This document shows positions 45,771 through 55,678 of a stretch of DNA of 64,000 nucleotides, piece after piece. Where the stretch lies: NCBI GenBank assembly GCA_049322955.1, contig JBMOPU010000012.1, forward strand, positions 681,517 to 745,516, written 5' to 3'. The notes below the pieces were generated by a model, which was not told the origin of the DNA, made no database searches, and worked only from the letters and a program-made list of their open reading frames with translations. A program made the position numbers and the translations under genes. This DNA is from Patescibacteria group bacterium (GTDB lineage Bacteria > Patescibacteriota > Microgenomatia > UBA10105 > UBA927). Positions within the stretch are counted from its first letter, which is position 1. Every line of letters starts with the position of its first letter.

Positions 45771-45968
45771 TTATACGCGTTTTACATTCTTGGCGGAAGG
45801 TCCTTTGGGGCCGTCCACGACTTCGAATGTCACTTGATCACCCACTTGGATTTCATCAAACGTGACGCCGACTAAATCCTTGGAATGAAAAAACAGGTCT
45901 TTCGCTTCCCCTTCTCGGGCGATGAAGCCAAATCCTCTGTCTGTTTTTGTTTTGACAGTGCCGTTCAT
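45771..45968 (-). CDS. cspA: Cold-shock protein (CspA family)
   Basis: GTVKTKTDRGFGFI RNP1 and VTFEV regions. 65 aa. Confidence 0.85.
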   Translation of the reverse strand: MNGTVKTKTDRGFGFIAREGEAKDLFFHSKDLVGVTFDEIQVGDQVTFEVVDGPKGPSAKNVKRV

Positions 45969-46012
45969 GGTGTTCTCCTTTCTAGGGAGAGTATAACAGA
46001 TACGGCATACAA

Positions 46013-46990
46013 TCAGGAAGTTGTAGGCGTGGCCAGTCTGGCGCGAAGGAATTTTTTAAGATCACGAAGACTTTCCGGCGTATGCACCGATCCTGCAAAA
46101 ACGGCGGGGGCGAGCCCCGCAAAACGAGTCTCCAATTCCCTCCGGCGTTTTTCGTCGACAAGGTCAGTCTTATTGAGGAATATAATTTCGGGCTTTGTCA
46201 GAAGCTCCGGGTTATAGGCACGGAACTCTTCGCGAACCGTTTCATAATCGGAAAATGGATCGTCCGCACTTATATCAACGCAATGGATAAGTATCATCGT
46301 TTTCTCGATATGTTTGAGGAATTTCAGACCCAGCCCCACACCCTTCGACGCGCCTTCAATGAGTCCGGGTATGTCCGCAATAGGGTGCCGACCGAACATC
46401 CCGATACTCGGTTCCAACGTGGTGAAGGGATACGCTCCTATCGCGGGCGTGGCATTCGTGAGCGCGGCGAGCAGACTGCTTTTGCCGGCATTGGGAAGGC
46501 CGATCAGGCCGACTTGAGCAATCAGCCGCAGTTCCAACAGCAGATTTTTCCGTTCCCCCGGTTCTCCCAATTCACGCTTGGTCGGAGCCTGGTAAGTGGA
46601 TGATTTATATTTGACGTTGCCGAATCCGCCTCTGCCGCCTTTGGCGATGCATATCGGAGCAGAGACCGTTTCTAAGGTTATGACATTGCCCGTATCTTCA
46701 TCCGTTATTTTGGTACCGAGCGGCACAAGCGTGAGGATCGGCGACCCGTTCTTTCCGAAGCCGTTATGTTTGGTGCCGTGTCCGCCGTTTTCTCCTACGA
46801 TCTTTTTTTTGTAGCGAAACTCCCGAAGATCGTTAATATTGGGAGATGCCTGGAAGAAGATATCGCCGCCGCGCCCGCCATTACCTCCGTCGGGGCCTCC
46901 CCTGGCCTTCCCCGGCGCACTGGCAAACGTAGCGGCTCCGTTACCTCCGTCACCGGCTTTCACGACTAATCGTACCGTATCCACAAGCAT
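46013..46990 (-). CDS. obg: GTPase Obg
   Basis: N-terminal Gly-rich Obg fold (KAGDGGNGAATFAS...GGNGGRGGDI). G-domain GLPNAGKSSL, DIPG, NKTD. Confidence 0.9.
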   Translation of the reverse strand: MLVDTVRLVVKAGDGGNGAATFASAPGKARGGPDGGNGGRGGDIFFQASPNINDLREFRYKKKIVGENGGHGTKHNGFGKNGSPILTLVPLGTKITDEDTGNVITLETVSAPICIAKGGRGGFGNVKYKSSTYQAPTKRELGEPGERKNLLLELRLIAQVGLIGLPNAGKSSLLAALTNATPAIGAYPFTTLEPSIGMFGRHPIADIPGLIEGASKGVGLGLKFLKHIEKTMILIHCVDISADDPFSDYETVREEFRAYNPELLTKPEIIFLNKTDLVDEKRRRELETRFAGLAPAVFAGSVHTPESLRDLKKFLRARLATPTTS

Positions 46991-47046
46991 ACCCGTATTG
47001 TACCATTTACGGCGTGCATGCGGAGGAATCGGACGGGAGGAACTGA

Positions 47047-48324
47047 TTATATGGTGGGATCGTAGAACGGAAGTTTCTTACCCTTGAGCAAGACACCCCA
47101 GTCATGGATTTCGCCGTCGCTTCCCGGAGGCGGATTGACGCGGGAAGCCTGTAACACACAGACGACGGCGTCGGGTTCTTTGTTCTTCTCACGGATTTTA
47201 TCTTCCCAAAGCTCCAGCATGGCGAGTCCGCCGCCCAAGTAAATGCGCGTTTCGTTTTTGCCTGCGCCGTAAATGCGCACGTGCGGATTGATACGGCCTT
47301 CGCGGCCGGTCGAAAGTTTGTCGCCCATATCACCGACGGTAAATCTGCCTAATGCCGCCATTTCCGGCTGGATGTTCATAAGGTAATTTGTCCCGATGGC
47401 CTTACTGCCTAATCCGTACGCAAGCGCCCCCACGCGGATAAGTGTCGGAACCTGACGATCAAGCGCCCGTTTGATCGCCATCGTGATCCCCTGGGTTGAG
47501 GCGACGGCGACGCGGATTTCTTCAAGCGTTTGTTTGCGCGTTCGTCCCATCAGATCATCGACTTCCTGATCGCCGAAAATCGTCGCTCCTGACGCCAAAC
47601 AATCGTCGAATCGGGTCAAGCGCTTGTATTCATACAAGCCCAGTCGTTTGCGCACGGCGGTTGCCCCTTTGGCAAAAAAACCTCCGAGACAGTCACTTAC
47701 CGCTTTCCGATATCGCGCTTTTTTATCGGCATCCATGACGGGGTCGTTGCCGATCGTGGTGAGCTCCCGCATCACGGGAGACATCGAGCCGTTACGGATT
47801 TCAATGATTATTTTGCCCTGAGCGTCATTTTTGATTGCCCGCATGACGGGAATTTCTTCCTCGCCCGACAGCGTCAGGCAGGACGCATCAGACGAAATTG
47901 CGGCAACGGCTTGGGCATCCGTGAGTTCCTTGCCGTACCCATCCTCACAAGTGAAATTGAGGGCTTTGAGCCCTTCGACAAACCGGTCGGCGGGAAGCTT
48001 GGTTCCCTCAATCGATTCAACGAGAAGCGGTCCGAAGAGCACTTCGGCATCGCCTTTGTTCGGCCTGCCGTATTTTTTTGCCCCGTGCCAGGCATCGGGG
48101 ATATCAATACTGTCACCGTCCCCTGCGATATTCACCCTCACCGTTTCCGCATTCCAGTGGGTATCAAAGCGGTCAAAAATTTCCTGCATGGTGATATCCC
48201 GTAACACCAGCGGCGGTTCAAGGATTTCCTGACTTTTTACGGAGTGAAAACGTTCCCCGGTTGAGGCATGGGGGTCGTGTTCGTACGGCGGTGATTGCGT
48301 AGGCCTACGAGACTCAATACTCAT
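47047..48324 (-). CDS. Hypothetical protein (possibly ASKHA/actin-like ATPase fold)
   Basis: 425-aa ORF immediately upstream of obg. Gly-rich GGGLAMLE segment. No confident family. Confidence 0.45.
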   Translation of the reverse strand: MSIESRRPTQSPPYEHDPHASTGERFHSVKSQEILEPPLVLRDITMQEIFDRFDTHWNAETVRVNIAGDGDSIDIPDAWHGAKKYGRPNKGDAEVLFGPLLVESIEGTKLPADRFVEGLKALNFTCEDGYGKELTDAQAVAAISSDASCLTLSGEEEIPVMRAIKNDAQGKIIIEIRNGSMSPVMRELTTIGNDPVMDADKKARYRKAVSDCLGGFFAKGATAVRKRLGLYEYKRLTRFDDCLASGATIFGDQEVDDLMGRTRKQTLEEIRVAVASTQGITMAIKRALDRQVPTLIRVGALAYGLGSKAIGTNYLMNIQPEMAALGRFTVGDMGDKLSTGREGRINPHVRIYGAGKNETRIYLGGGLAMLELWEDKIREKNKEPDAVVCVLQASRVNPPPGSDGEIHDWGVLLKGKKLPFYDPTI

Positions 48325-48378
48325 ATCGCAGACCGATAGTAATATTTTTGACGAAAAAATACAACCCGGAGCCTGATA

Positions 48379-48870
48379 TCAACCAAAATAGGCCGTATCC
48401 GGGTTCTGATCGATCAAATGATGCGCCTGTTTCATTTCCTCCGGCGTATTGAGATGGATAATGACGAATTTCCCCGACGTCATTTTGTTTTGGTAATCAT
48501 GCGTTACTTCGAGGATGTGAACGAGTCCCCAGTAAATCCATTTCCCGTTTACATTTTCCACAAGAAAATTTCGCACCGGCGGAGCATGATAGAGACGAAT
48601 ATTGGCTTTTTTCTGAAACGTAAATAGTTTTCCTGCAACGTCATTGAGCGTAAATGGTTGCTTCACATGCGTTGCGATATCCAGCATGTCGGGAAAACCC
48701 TGGGCTTTGGAAATTTGGAGCGTGTCATTTAATTCGACAATACTTCCCATAGGTCGATTATACAAATCCCGCTTACTGCCGCAAGCACTTTCTTTCATAC
48801 ATGCCCTATAGTACAATCCTTGAATGTCAGAACGCACCATTGTGCACCGAAAGCTATATACCGTAACCAC
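48379..48870 (-). CDS. Hypothetical protein
   Basis: 163-aa ORF with no recognisable motif. Confidence 0.4.
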   Translation of the reverse strand: MVTVYSFRCTMVRSDIQGLYYRACMKESACGSKRDLYNRPMGSIVELNDTLQISKAQGFPDMLDIATHVKQPFTLNDVAGKLFTFQKKANIRLYHAPPVRNFLVENVNGKWIYWGLVHILEVTHDYQNKMTSGKFVIIHLNTPEEMKQAHHLIDQNPDTAYFG

Positions 48871-49107
48871 GCAATCTCTTGAAGAGGTGTTACCCGGCGC
48901 CCGCCTCGTGTTCCGCGCGCTGGCTCCCTGCCCGCTGTTTGGACCACCCGACGAACGTCAGGGAATGGAGGTACGGCTTGACCGAACGGCTATTATCTTC
49001 TCTGCCTGGCATCTTTCGCTCCCCCAAAAAAGAGTATTTGTGCCCCGCTCCGTACTGGAGGAATAACCCATTGTGATGATGCCCCATAGGGCTCCTTAAT
49101 CCATCGT

Positions 49108-49467
49108 TCACTCGAGCGGAGTTCCTTCGTAGGCAGGAGGAGCATTCAGACTTCCCATGCATTGGGACTGACATGTTTCCTTGAGTGCCGAGTTCTCGCA
49201 CTGTTTGACGCACTCTGCCTTTTTGACCTGTTCTCCTACGTTAAGAGTAGCACCGATCCCGAAAAGCACCCCGAAAAGGATGATAAGGATTACGGGAAGG
49301 GTGACCAGGATTTTTACCCACTTTGCCCATGACGTCCACAACCACATGACGACAACCCCGATAGGGTACACGAAAAAGAGCAATAAGAGGGTGAGAATGC
49401 TATTGGTATTGTCTGCCGCGGTGGCTGTCGGTTTTTCTTTCATATGATCGTACGATGGCACAGTCAA
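49108..49467 (-). CDS. Small membrane protein with Cys-rich extracytoplasmic tail
   Basis: Two TM helices, C-terminal CVKQCENS...CQSQC. Confidence 0.4.
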   Translation of the reverse strand: MTVPSYDHMKEKPTATAADNTNSILTLLLLFFVYPIGVVVMWLWTSWAKWVKILVTLPVILIILFGVLFGIGATLNVGEQVKKAECVKQCENSALKETCQSQCMGSLNAPPAYEGTPLE

Positions 49468-49517
49468 CTACCGCGGTCAAGCATGAGTATCATATTGTTC
49501 GATACATCACATAAATT

Positions 49518-50597
49518 GTGGTAGAATTGCCCCTTCCCCCGACCCTGTCGGGCATCTCTATGCATCACGAATATTCTCAACTTTGTGCCATTCCGTCCGT
49601 TGCCGACGTCATGCACGGCAAAGGTGACACGAAGTGGCTGACTCCCCCGTTGCGTTCACTCGCGGCACATATGCTCTGGATGCCTTCAATTCATCGGGAT
49701 GCATTATCTGCACCGGAAACCGATCTTGAGACTTCGGCACTCATTTTGGCACAAGCGAAAGACCGAACCGTCGGCAAGCTGAGACATATGCGACTGACGT
49801 TGCCGCACTATTTCCGTGCCTACGATGCGTTCGGATCGGGAAACATCGATGAACTGCAAAGGATTGATGCCGAATCGCATCGCCGCATTGAGCCTGCGGA
49901 CGAACAACCGGACACAAAGACCCTCATGACCGATCCCACGGGTCGATATACCCCGGAGCGACGTCAGTTGCATTGGGAGTACGTGCATGCCAGCCAGCAG
50001 GGCATCCGGTCAAGCCATTTTCCGGTTTTGCGAATAGTCATGGGACCGTTCGGTGCGGGGAAATCCGAAAAACTTCGCGCACTCTACAAAAACACCGAGC
50101 CGATCTATGTGAGTGATCCCGATGCGGTGCGTCCGTATCTTATGGATGACTTTGATGCATCCAACCATACGCATGTCATGCGAACCAGTCGTGAAGTCGC
50201 CGATCTTTCCGATCTTGCTTTCAATGTCGCGCTGGGGAAGCGGTTATCCATACTTTGCGAAACATCTCTTCGCCACCTCGACTGGTGGAAAAAAATGGTG
50301 CATCGTGTCAATCGCATTGGGTATCGGGTCGAGCTTCATATGGCCGCCCGTCCCATTCAGGATTGTTTTCGGCGCGTTATCGCAAGCCGCGACCGGCCGG
50401 CGCGCATACGAGATTACCTGAACCTGACGGAACGATACAAAAATTTTATGGCGCTTGTTGATCACCCGGGAGTGAGTACCGTCACGCTCACCGGCATGGC
50501 GAGTCCTGAAGGGATGCGTCCGGAGGATTGCCCGCTTACGGGAGACTATATCCGCGCGATGCAACAGCATCCGAATGTGATCGCCCTTACGATGTAA
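49518..50597 (+). CDS. P-loop kinase-like protein (zeta-toxin/AAA_33-like C-terminal domain) with about 170-aa N-terminal extension
   Basis: Walker A MGPFGAGKSEKL at about aa 185, followed by an Asp-containing segment (VSDPDAV). Family call is tentative. Confidence 0.45.
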   Translation: MVELPLPPTLSGISMHHEYSQLCAIPSVADVMHGKGDTKWLTPPLRSLAAHMLWMPSIHRDALSAPETDLETSALILAQAKDRTVGKLRHMRLTLPHYFRAYDAFGSGNIDELQRIDAESHRRIEPADEQPDTKTLMTDPTGRYTPERRQLHWEYVHASQQGIRSSHFPVLRIVMGPFGAGKSEKLRALYKNTEPIYVSDPDAVRPYLMDDFDASNHTHVMRTSREVADLSDLAFNVALGKRLSILCETSLRHLDWWKKMVHRVNRIGYRVELHMAARPIQDCFRRVIASRDRPARIRDYLNLTERYKNFMALVDHPGVSTVTLTGMASPEGMRPEDCPLTGDYIRAMQQHPNVIALTM

Positions 50598-51612
50598 CGA
50601 TGGGCTTATTTAGCAACTCCCCCCAGCGAAGCTCTTTTGCGGCGTGGTAAATCTCTTTATGACGTTTCAGCACACGGGCACGGACAATACCCTCTGCCGT
50701 GAGCACGGGGACAATAAGATAGCCCTTGTACTTTTCGACTTTTCCGATCGTCACTCCCCATGGCGAAACGGTCGTCGGCAAGCTCCCGCGCGCAACATAG
50801 GCATACGTGGCTTCTTCCCAATCCGAAGCCATAAGCGAAGAATCACGCATGCTTTGACGGATAAGTCGCATGAAGTCCGGCCGCTGAAATCGCTGGGAGA
50901 AGTGAATCCACGTTTTCTCATCGCTCACGAATGTTTGATCGATATAAGGAGCCAAAAGCGGAAGCTTTATCGCATCCGTTTTGGCAAACCGTTCAATAAG
51001 CGTCACGCCGTCTTTCGTTCCCGGTTCAATAATGACCAGTATGCCGCTACATTTTTTCGCAATATGCGTGAGCACTTGCTCTTTTAATATGCCGGGAAGT
51101 TCGTTTATGACACTGGCGACAACGACAAGATCATACTGGTTTGTATCCTGGTCATCATTGACCCAATTGAGAAACGAGGCTTTGACCCAGGTTGGCGCCA
51201 GGGTTTCGCGATAGACGGTGGCAAACTCATCGGCAACGGAAAGAAAATGCTGTACTTGGTCGACACCGACTGCAGTACCTATAGACGGCCAAAGTTCTTT
51301 GGCCGCCCAAATGGCCGTTCCCGGGCCGCAACCGACATCGAGCATACGCGCGGGCTTCCAATCGGGGTTACGTTCCTTAATCTGAGCAAGCGCGCCGTAT
51401 ATCTGAGCATAGGTCGCGGGAAAGCGAAGACACAGGTACGCCAGGACATCATCGGGACTCTTTACGAATGCCTGACGATCACCCGCTTCACGTTGCATAT
51501 ATCGCGCATGCAACTGTTCCGCATGCTGTCGCAAGGCGCGCATATTGCTCCGCGAGATAATGCGTCGTGTTATTTCCTGAATTGGAGATGGAAGGTTAAC
51601 GAATGTTTGCAA
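50587..51612 (-). CDS. Class I SAM-dependent methyltransferase (Rsm22-like)
   Basis: MLDVGCGPGTAIWAA motif I and acidic motif II (VVASVINE). Confidence 0.65.
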   Translation of the reverse strand: MQTFVNLPSPIQEITRRIISRSNMRALRQHAEQLHARYMQREAGDRQAFVKSPDDVLAYLCLRFPATYAQIYGALAQIKERNPDWKPARMLDVGCGPGTAIWAAKELWPSIGTAVGVDQVQHFLSVADEFATVYRETLAPTWVKASFLNWVNDDQDTNQYDLVVVASVINELPGILKEQVLTHIAKKCSGILVIIEPGTKDGVTLIERFAKTDAIKLPLLAPYIDQTFVSDEKTWIHFSQRFQRPDFMRLIRQSMRDSSLMASDWEEATYAYVARGSLPTTVSPWGVTIGKVEKYKGYLIVPVLTAEGIVRARVLKRHKEIYHAAKELRWGELLNKPIVTS

Positions 51613-51738
51613 AGTACCGTGATTATAGCAAAACGGCAGACTTGGCGGCGCGTTTGCGAATACGTCTCACCATTTGTTTCGATTCGGAAATCGGCAGAGG
51701 CATACGCGGCTTGCATCATGTAAGGAGTACACGGTTGC

Positions 51739-52461
51739 CTAACGTCCTTCGACGGACAATTTGGCCTTTCTCCCTTCTTTGCGCCATCCCGCAAAGATAC
51801 GATCAAAATTTACCTTTTTTCGATGCCATATATACGGGTACGGCAGACGGAGTGAGTTGTAAAAAATGGAAGGATAAAACGGATGACCCTCGGCAAGCAA
51901 CCGTCGCGGTGAAAGGATAAATAACTCGATTTTTGTACCGCTTAACGTCCCTATTTCTGCTTCAAAACGCGTTGCCTCGGTTGCATCGTTATCGATGACG
52001 GCAATATCGATGTCATAAAAAAATCTATTTGCCGGCCTATTGGCGAGTTTTTCATGCTTTACTGTCGGAAGTTCAAGCGGCAACCTGCCGTCCACATGTC
52101 CTGCAACAAGCGGCCATTCCCTTCGGATACCCCGTATCGTTGCAAGCGACATAGCATCGCGATATTTCATCCTAAGCCGACGCTCGGAGTGGATAACTAC
52201 CCCCGCTTTTCTGCAACCCGCAAGCCCTGCATACGACCGGTTTGGCGCAAAGGCATCGAGGAGCTCCAACATATCTTTCGCTTCGGCTTCATTGCGCAAG
52301 TGATAGCCGACAGCAAGAAACGGAAGTGTGGGTTGTTTCGCAATGAGGTCACGCACCCGCGTGCGTTCCACACGGGAAAGTCGGGACAATGTTTCGGTCA
52401 TTACCATCCCCGAATTATAGTAAATGAAGCTAAAGTTATCAACTATAGGATATATTTGCAT
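51739..52461 (-). CDS. Hypothetical protein
   Basis: 240-aa ORF, preferred over the overlapping + strand ORF. No confident motif. Confidence 0.45.
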   Translation of the reverse strand: MQIYPIVDNFSFIYYNSGMVMTETLSRLSRVERTRVRDLIAKQPTLPFLAVGYHLRNEAEAKDMLELLDAFAPNRSYAGLAGCRKAGVVIHSERRLRMKYRDAMSLATIRGIRREWPLVAGHVDGRLPLELPTVKHEKLANRPANRFFYDIDIAVIDNDATEATRFEAEIGTLSGTKIELFILSPRRLLAEGHPFYPSIFYNSLRLPYPYIWHRKKVNFDRIFAGWRKEGRKAKLSVEGR

Positions 52462-52476
52462 GATTCATGGTATAAT

Positions 52477-52716
52477 ATGGCCATGTTAGAAAGAGCAAAG
52501 TTATTGTTAAGACGACCGCCAGATCACCCGAGGCTTGCGCCCTCCATCGCCCCGATGCCCGCCGATCATGTGGCAAATGTACTGGACTGGGCGGCTCCGG
52601 AATTTGTATTGGAAGGCAAAGCGATGGGATTAAAAGGGAAAAAACTGGATGCATTTGTAAAACGACGAACGGACGAAGCACGAAAAGCGGCAACAGAAAT
52701 GTTTGCGGGGTCTTGA
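52477..52716 (+). CDS. Small hypothetical protein (79 aa) with a TATAAT box abutting the ATG and its own terminator
   Basis: GGTATAATATGG places the -10 directly at the start codon. Terminator hairpin at 52725-52759. Confidence 0.3.
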   Translation: MAMLERAKLLLRRPPDHPRLAPSIAPMPADHVANVLDWAAPEFVLEGKAMGLKGKKLDAFVKRRTDEARKAATEMFAGS

Positions 52717-52724
52717 TGATAAGG

Positions 52725-52759
52725 AAGTATCCGTTGAGGATACCTTCTTTTTTTTCTAC
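52725..52759 (+). terminator. Rho-independent terminator
   Basis: AAGGAAGTATCC-GTTGA-GGATACCTTCTT stem-loop followed by TTTTTTTT. Confidence 0.55.
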
Positions 52760-53186
52760 GAACCTATCCCCCTTTGGTCTTCGGACAAAAAAAGCTAACT
52801 GTACAATTTTCCGAAAACCGATTATACTAAGAAGTATTAAATCTACACCTCACCAGTCTATCGACCCTACGAACTCCCGAGAGATTATCCAGGATATTGC
52901 AGGCAATCTTATCCAGATCGGCAATTGGACACTGAAAGGCTTCAGTCAGCAACAATCAAACATCACGCTATTTCTGAAACTTACCCGAAAAAATATCGAT
53001 GCGTTGTCCGAACGGAACCTTCGCGAAAAATTTCGTCCGACGTTTGATCAATTTTGCACGCAATACGCCGAGTTGGAGAAAGAATATCAGCATGGTATCG
53101 CCGATCATCAAAAATGGGCGAAACTGCTTCATGCCTTGGCAAACACGTTGCACCGACAGTCACTCCTCGCGTAATAGCATCCCGTC

Positions 53187-53516
53187 TCACTCCGTTTCAC
53201 TAACGGTATAGGCATAAAGCGTGCTACCGGAATACGATCCGGTGATCGTCACTTTCTTTCCGGAATATGCCGAGAGATCGATCTTTTGTGAAGCGATGCC
53301 GACGGTTTTTCCCTGATCAGTGCGCAATATATAACTGTAATCATCCCCTTTTCCGGGCATAAGGAGCCCGCTCACCGTATCCGTTTGGGAACCCGTGCTT
53401 TCCTCCGTCGCCTGCGTCGGAAACGCGGGCTTGGCAAGGTACTGATACCCGTAATACCCCGCTCCGCAAAGTACCCCCAACACAATGAGAATGATCAGAA
53501 AATTTTTCATATACAA
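53187..53516 (-). CDS. Small membrane-anchored protein
   Basis: N-terminal signal-anchor helix, Ser/Thr/Gly-rich ectodomain. 109 aa. Confidence 0.45.
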   Translation of the reverse strand: MYMKNFLIILIVLGVLCGAGYYGYQYLAKPAFPTQATEESTGSQTDTVSGLLMPGKGDDYSYILRTDQGKTVGIASQKIDLSAYSGKKVTITGSYSGSTLYAYTVSETE

Positions 53517-53589
53517 CCATACTAGCGCATCCCCGGAGAAAATTCATAGATGTGGTAAGCTCGATTAAGACCTATAGTTGTGATATACT

Positions 53590-53991
53590 ATGCCCTTCAT
53601 GAAAGAATCTGCCCAACCAAGAATTCCGCTCTATCTCGGAAAGGAAATTCGCTGTTACCGCGTGAACGGACGAGGCGGAAAACGACTGCTTATTGAAGCG
53701 GGTGATTTTGCGTACACCCTCGAAGAGCTCAAAGTTTTGCTTCTTGCGTGTGACGGCAAAACCCTTGCCCAAACGGATAGCCTACGAGGGACGGATGGAT
53801 CACGAAACATGCGCTACCGGCTCCGCAAACGAAACAACGGTACACATCTCACCCGCCTGTATGAAAATGCCCGGCACCATGAGCTCGTGTATCCGTTCGT
53901 CATTGAAGGGCTGGAAACGCTTCTTAAGCACGATAGGACACGGTATCCGCGAAAACCGGCGGCATCCCGCCTTTTAGCAGAAATGAGATAA
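53590..53991 (+). CDS. Hypothetical protein
   Basis: 133-aa basic ORF. No motif. Confidence 0.35.
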   Translation: MPFMKESAQPRIPLYLGKEIRCYRVNGRGGKRLLIEAGDFAYTLEELKVLLLACDGKTLAQTDSLRGTDGSRNMRYRLRKRNNGTHLTRLYENARHHELVYPFVIEGLETLLKHDRTRYPRKPAASRLLAEMR

Positions 53992-54076
53992 TCGGATACC
54001 GATAGCCGTTTTCGATACGCTTACACCTATATGGCATCACTGTTAGAGATTCTTTCAGGAATACGAAGCGAAAGAA

Positions 54077-54301
54077 TTGAATATTGAAATACATAACATA
54101 TCTATGACTACCCGTCCGAGAAAAATATCAGAGCAATCAGCTCGCGAAATTCGTGAACACATACGTCATTGGCTTTCAAAATTCGGAAGATTGGATAAAG
54201 CTATTGTAGAAATGCATCGGAGAAGAATTTATATTGAACGGCAAGCCGAAGAGCTGAAAGAAAAATATCCCCAATCGGCAAGCGCCAAAGAACGAAGTTA
54301 A
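54077..54301 (+). CDS. Hypothetical small coiled-coil protein
   Basis: 74-aa ORF. Confidence 0.3.
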   Translation: MNIEIHNISMTTRPRKISEQSAREIREHIRHWLSKFGRLDKAIVEMHRRRIYIERQAEELKEKYPQSASAKERS

Positions 54302-54447
54302 GCAATTCGTGCACGACATTTTTTCGCGTGCCATATTCGGGTAACTTACTCCCCGCTTCCGTCTCTCACACACCTCAGAGGTGCGCTTCTCTTCACACAT
54401 AGGGATAGTCCATACTTTCACGCATCGCAAGGCAAGTCGCCTAAAAC

Positions 54448-55092
54448 ATGAAAAATTCACCGCAAGAGCGTATAATCGCCAAGAAGCGAAATACTATGAC
54501 ACGATTTGAAGGCAAGATTATCGGAATCATCGGTCCCGAAGGTTCGGGAAAATCCACCATCACCAAACGGTTGGCGGCAGAAACCGGATTGCCGCGTGTG
54601 TATCCCGGCGACCTCTTACGTGAGTATGCAAAAAATGACACCACGGAAATCGGCGAGGCGGCAAGGAAAATGTTTGCGGAAAATGCGTATTTTCCGCCAT
54701 ACATGTTGCTTGACGTCATGAGGCGGCGGTTTGCTCAGGGGGACTTAACGCGCGGCTTTATATTGGACGGACCATTTAGAACCGTAGAAGAAACCCGGGG
54801 CTATCCCCAATTGCTACAAGATACACACTTAGACATGCCGGTGACCGTCGTATCGCTCAGAATCCCCGGATGGTTAAGCCTCGATAGGTTAGTGTCGGGC
54901 GAAAATGCGAGAGCGAGGGAGGACGATACGCCCCAGGGTGTTATACGTCGGCTGGGGCATTTTTATGACATGCTGGGGTTTCGTATGAAAGCCATACGGG
55001 AAAACGGATGGCACTCCTTGCACGTGCGTGCGATTGGTCAGCCGGAAGAGGTGTACCAGGGCGTCGTAACGGCGTTGCGTGCTGAGGGTTAG
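54448..55092 (+). CDS. Adenylate-kinase-like P-loop nucleoside monophosphate kinase
   Basis: Walker A GIIGPEGSGKST, NMP-binding-like region (PGDLLRE), LID-like basic segment. Confidence 0.55.
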   Translation: MKNSPQERIIAKKRNTMTRFEGKIIGIIGPEGSGKSTITKRLAAETGLPRVYPGDLLREYAKNDTTEIGEAARKMFAENAYFPPYMLLDVMRRRFAQGDLTRGFILDGPFRTVEETRGYPQLLQDTHLDMPVTVVSLRIPGWLSLDRLVSGENARAREDDTPQGVIRRLGHFYDMLGFRMKAIRENGWHSLHVRAIGQPEEVYQGVVTALRAEG

Positions 55093-55325
55093 CACGATAG
55101 GTATTTCATACCCCGTTCAAATCGAAAGACGGCAAATTCCAGGATTTTTTGTATGTACCCCCTGCCGGATTTGGTGTGACTACACACCAATCACCAGCAG
55201 TACGACTCGCGTCGAAGACGACGCTTGTTAACTGCTGGACTGCGAACCGGTGAACCGATTCACATATTCGGTACGAGATATATATGTACAAAAAATCCCG
55301 CCTATTGGCGGGAATTTTGTACATG

Positions 55326-55399
55326 TACCCCCTGCCGGATTCGAACCGGCGATTCACGGGCTGAAAACCCGTTGTCCTAGGCCGCTAGACGAAGGGGGC
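55326..55399 (-). tRNA. tRNA-Glu (anticodon TTC), G1:U72 wobble
   Basis: Minus-strand sense GCCCCCUUCGUCUAGCGGCCUAGGACAACGGGUUUUCAGCCCGUGAAUCGCCGGUUCGAAUCCGGCAGGGGGUA. Closely resembles canonical bacterial tRNA-Glu. Confidence 0.8.
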
Positions 55400-55462
55400 G
55401 CAAGGAACCTCATAATTGTAACAAAAAACACCCCAAATTGGTATAATCTCCTTTCATTTCTT

Positions 55463-55678
55463 ATGAGTGCCGATACTGAAACAAAAAAGAAAACATTTGA
55501 TTGGGGTGACGGTCATGAAGTGGAAATTCCTCGACCGAATCTCAACGAAATTCCCGGCGACTCCATGATCTGCCCCATGCCGTGCTTTCCCGTGGGCGAA
55601 GATGAAAAAGAGTGGAAAAAACACGAAAGGCGATCAATTCGACCGAAACGCAAAAGAAAAGAAGAAGAAAAGCCTTAG
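55463..55678 (+). CDS. Small Lys/Glu-rich hypothetical protein
   Basis: 71-aa ORF starting after the tRNA. The longer ORF starting inside the tRNA is discounted. Confidence 0.25.
   Translation: MSADTETKKKTFDWGDGHEVEIPRPNLNEIPGDSMICPMPCFPVGEDEKEWKKHERRSIRPKRKRKEEEKP

Noticed and set aside
52054-52716. 220-aa + strand ORF overlapping the minus-strand gene 51739..52461
   Set aside because: Only its last 79 codons, from the ATG next to a TATAAT box, look plausible. The upstream part is antisense to a better ORF.
55147-55341. tRNA-Glu 3' end duplication as boundaries of an intact prophage or integrative element
   Set aside because: Only about 150 bp separate the repeats and no integrase is nearby. 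Reported as a possible scar, not a mobile element.
55250-55678. 142-aa ORF starting inside tRNA-Glu (antisense)
   Set aside because: The first half overlaps the tRNA. Only the distal 71 codons were kept, as a low-confidence small ORF.
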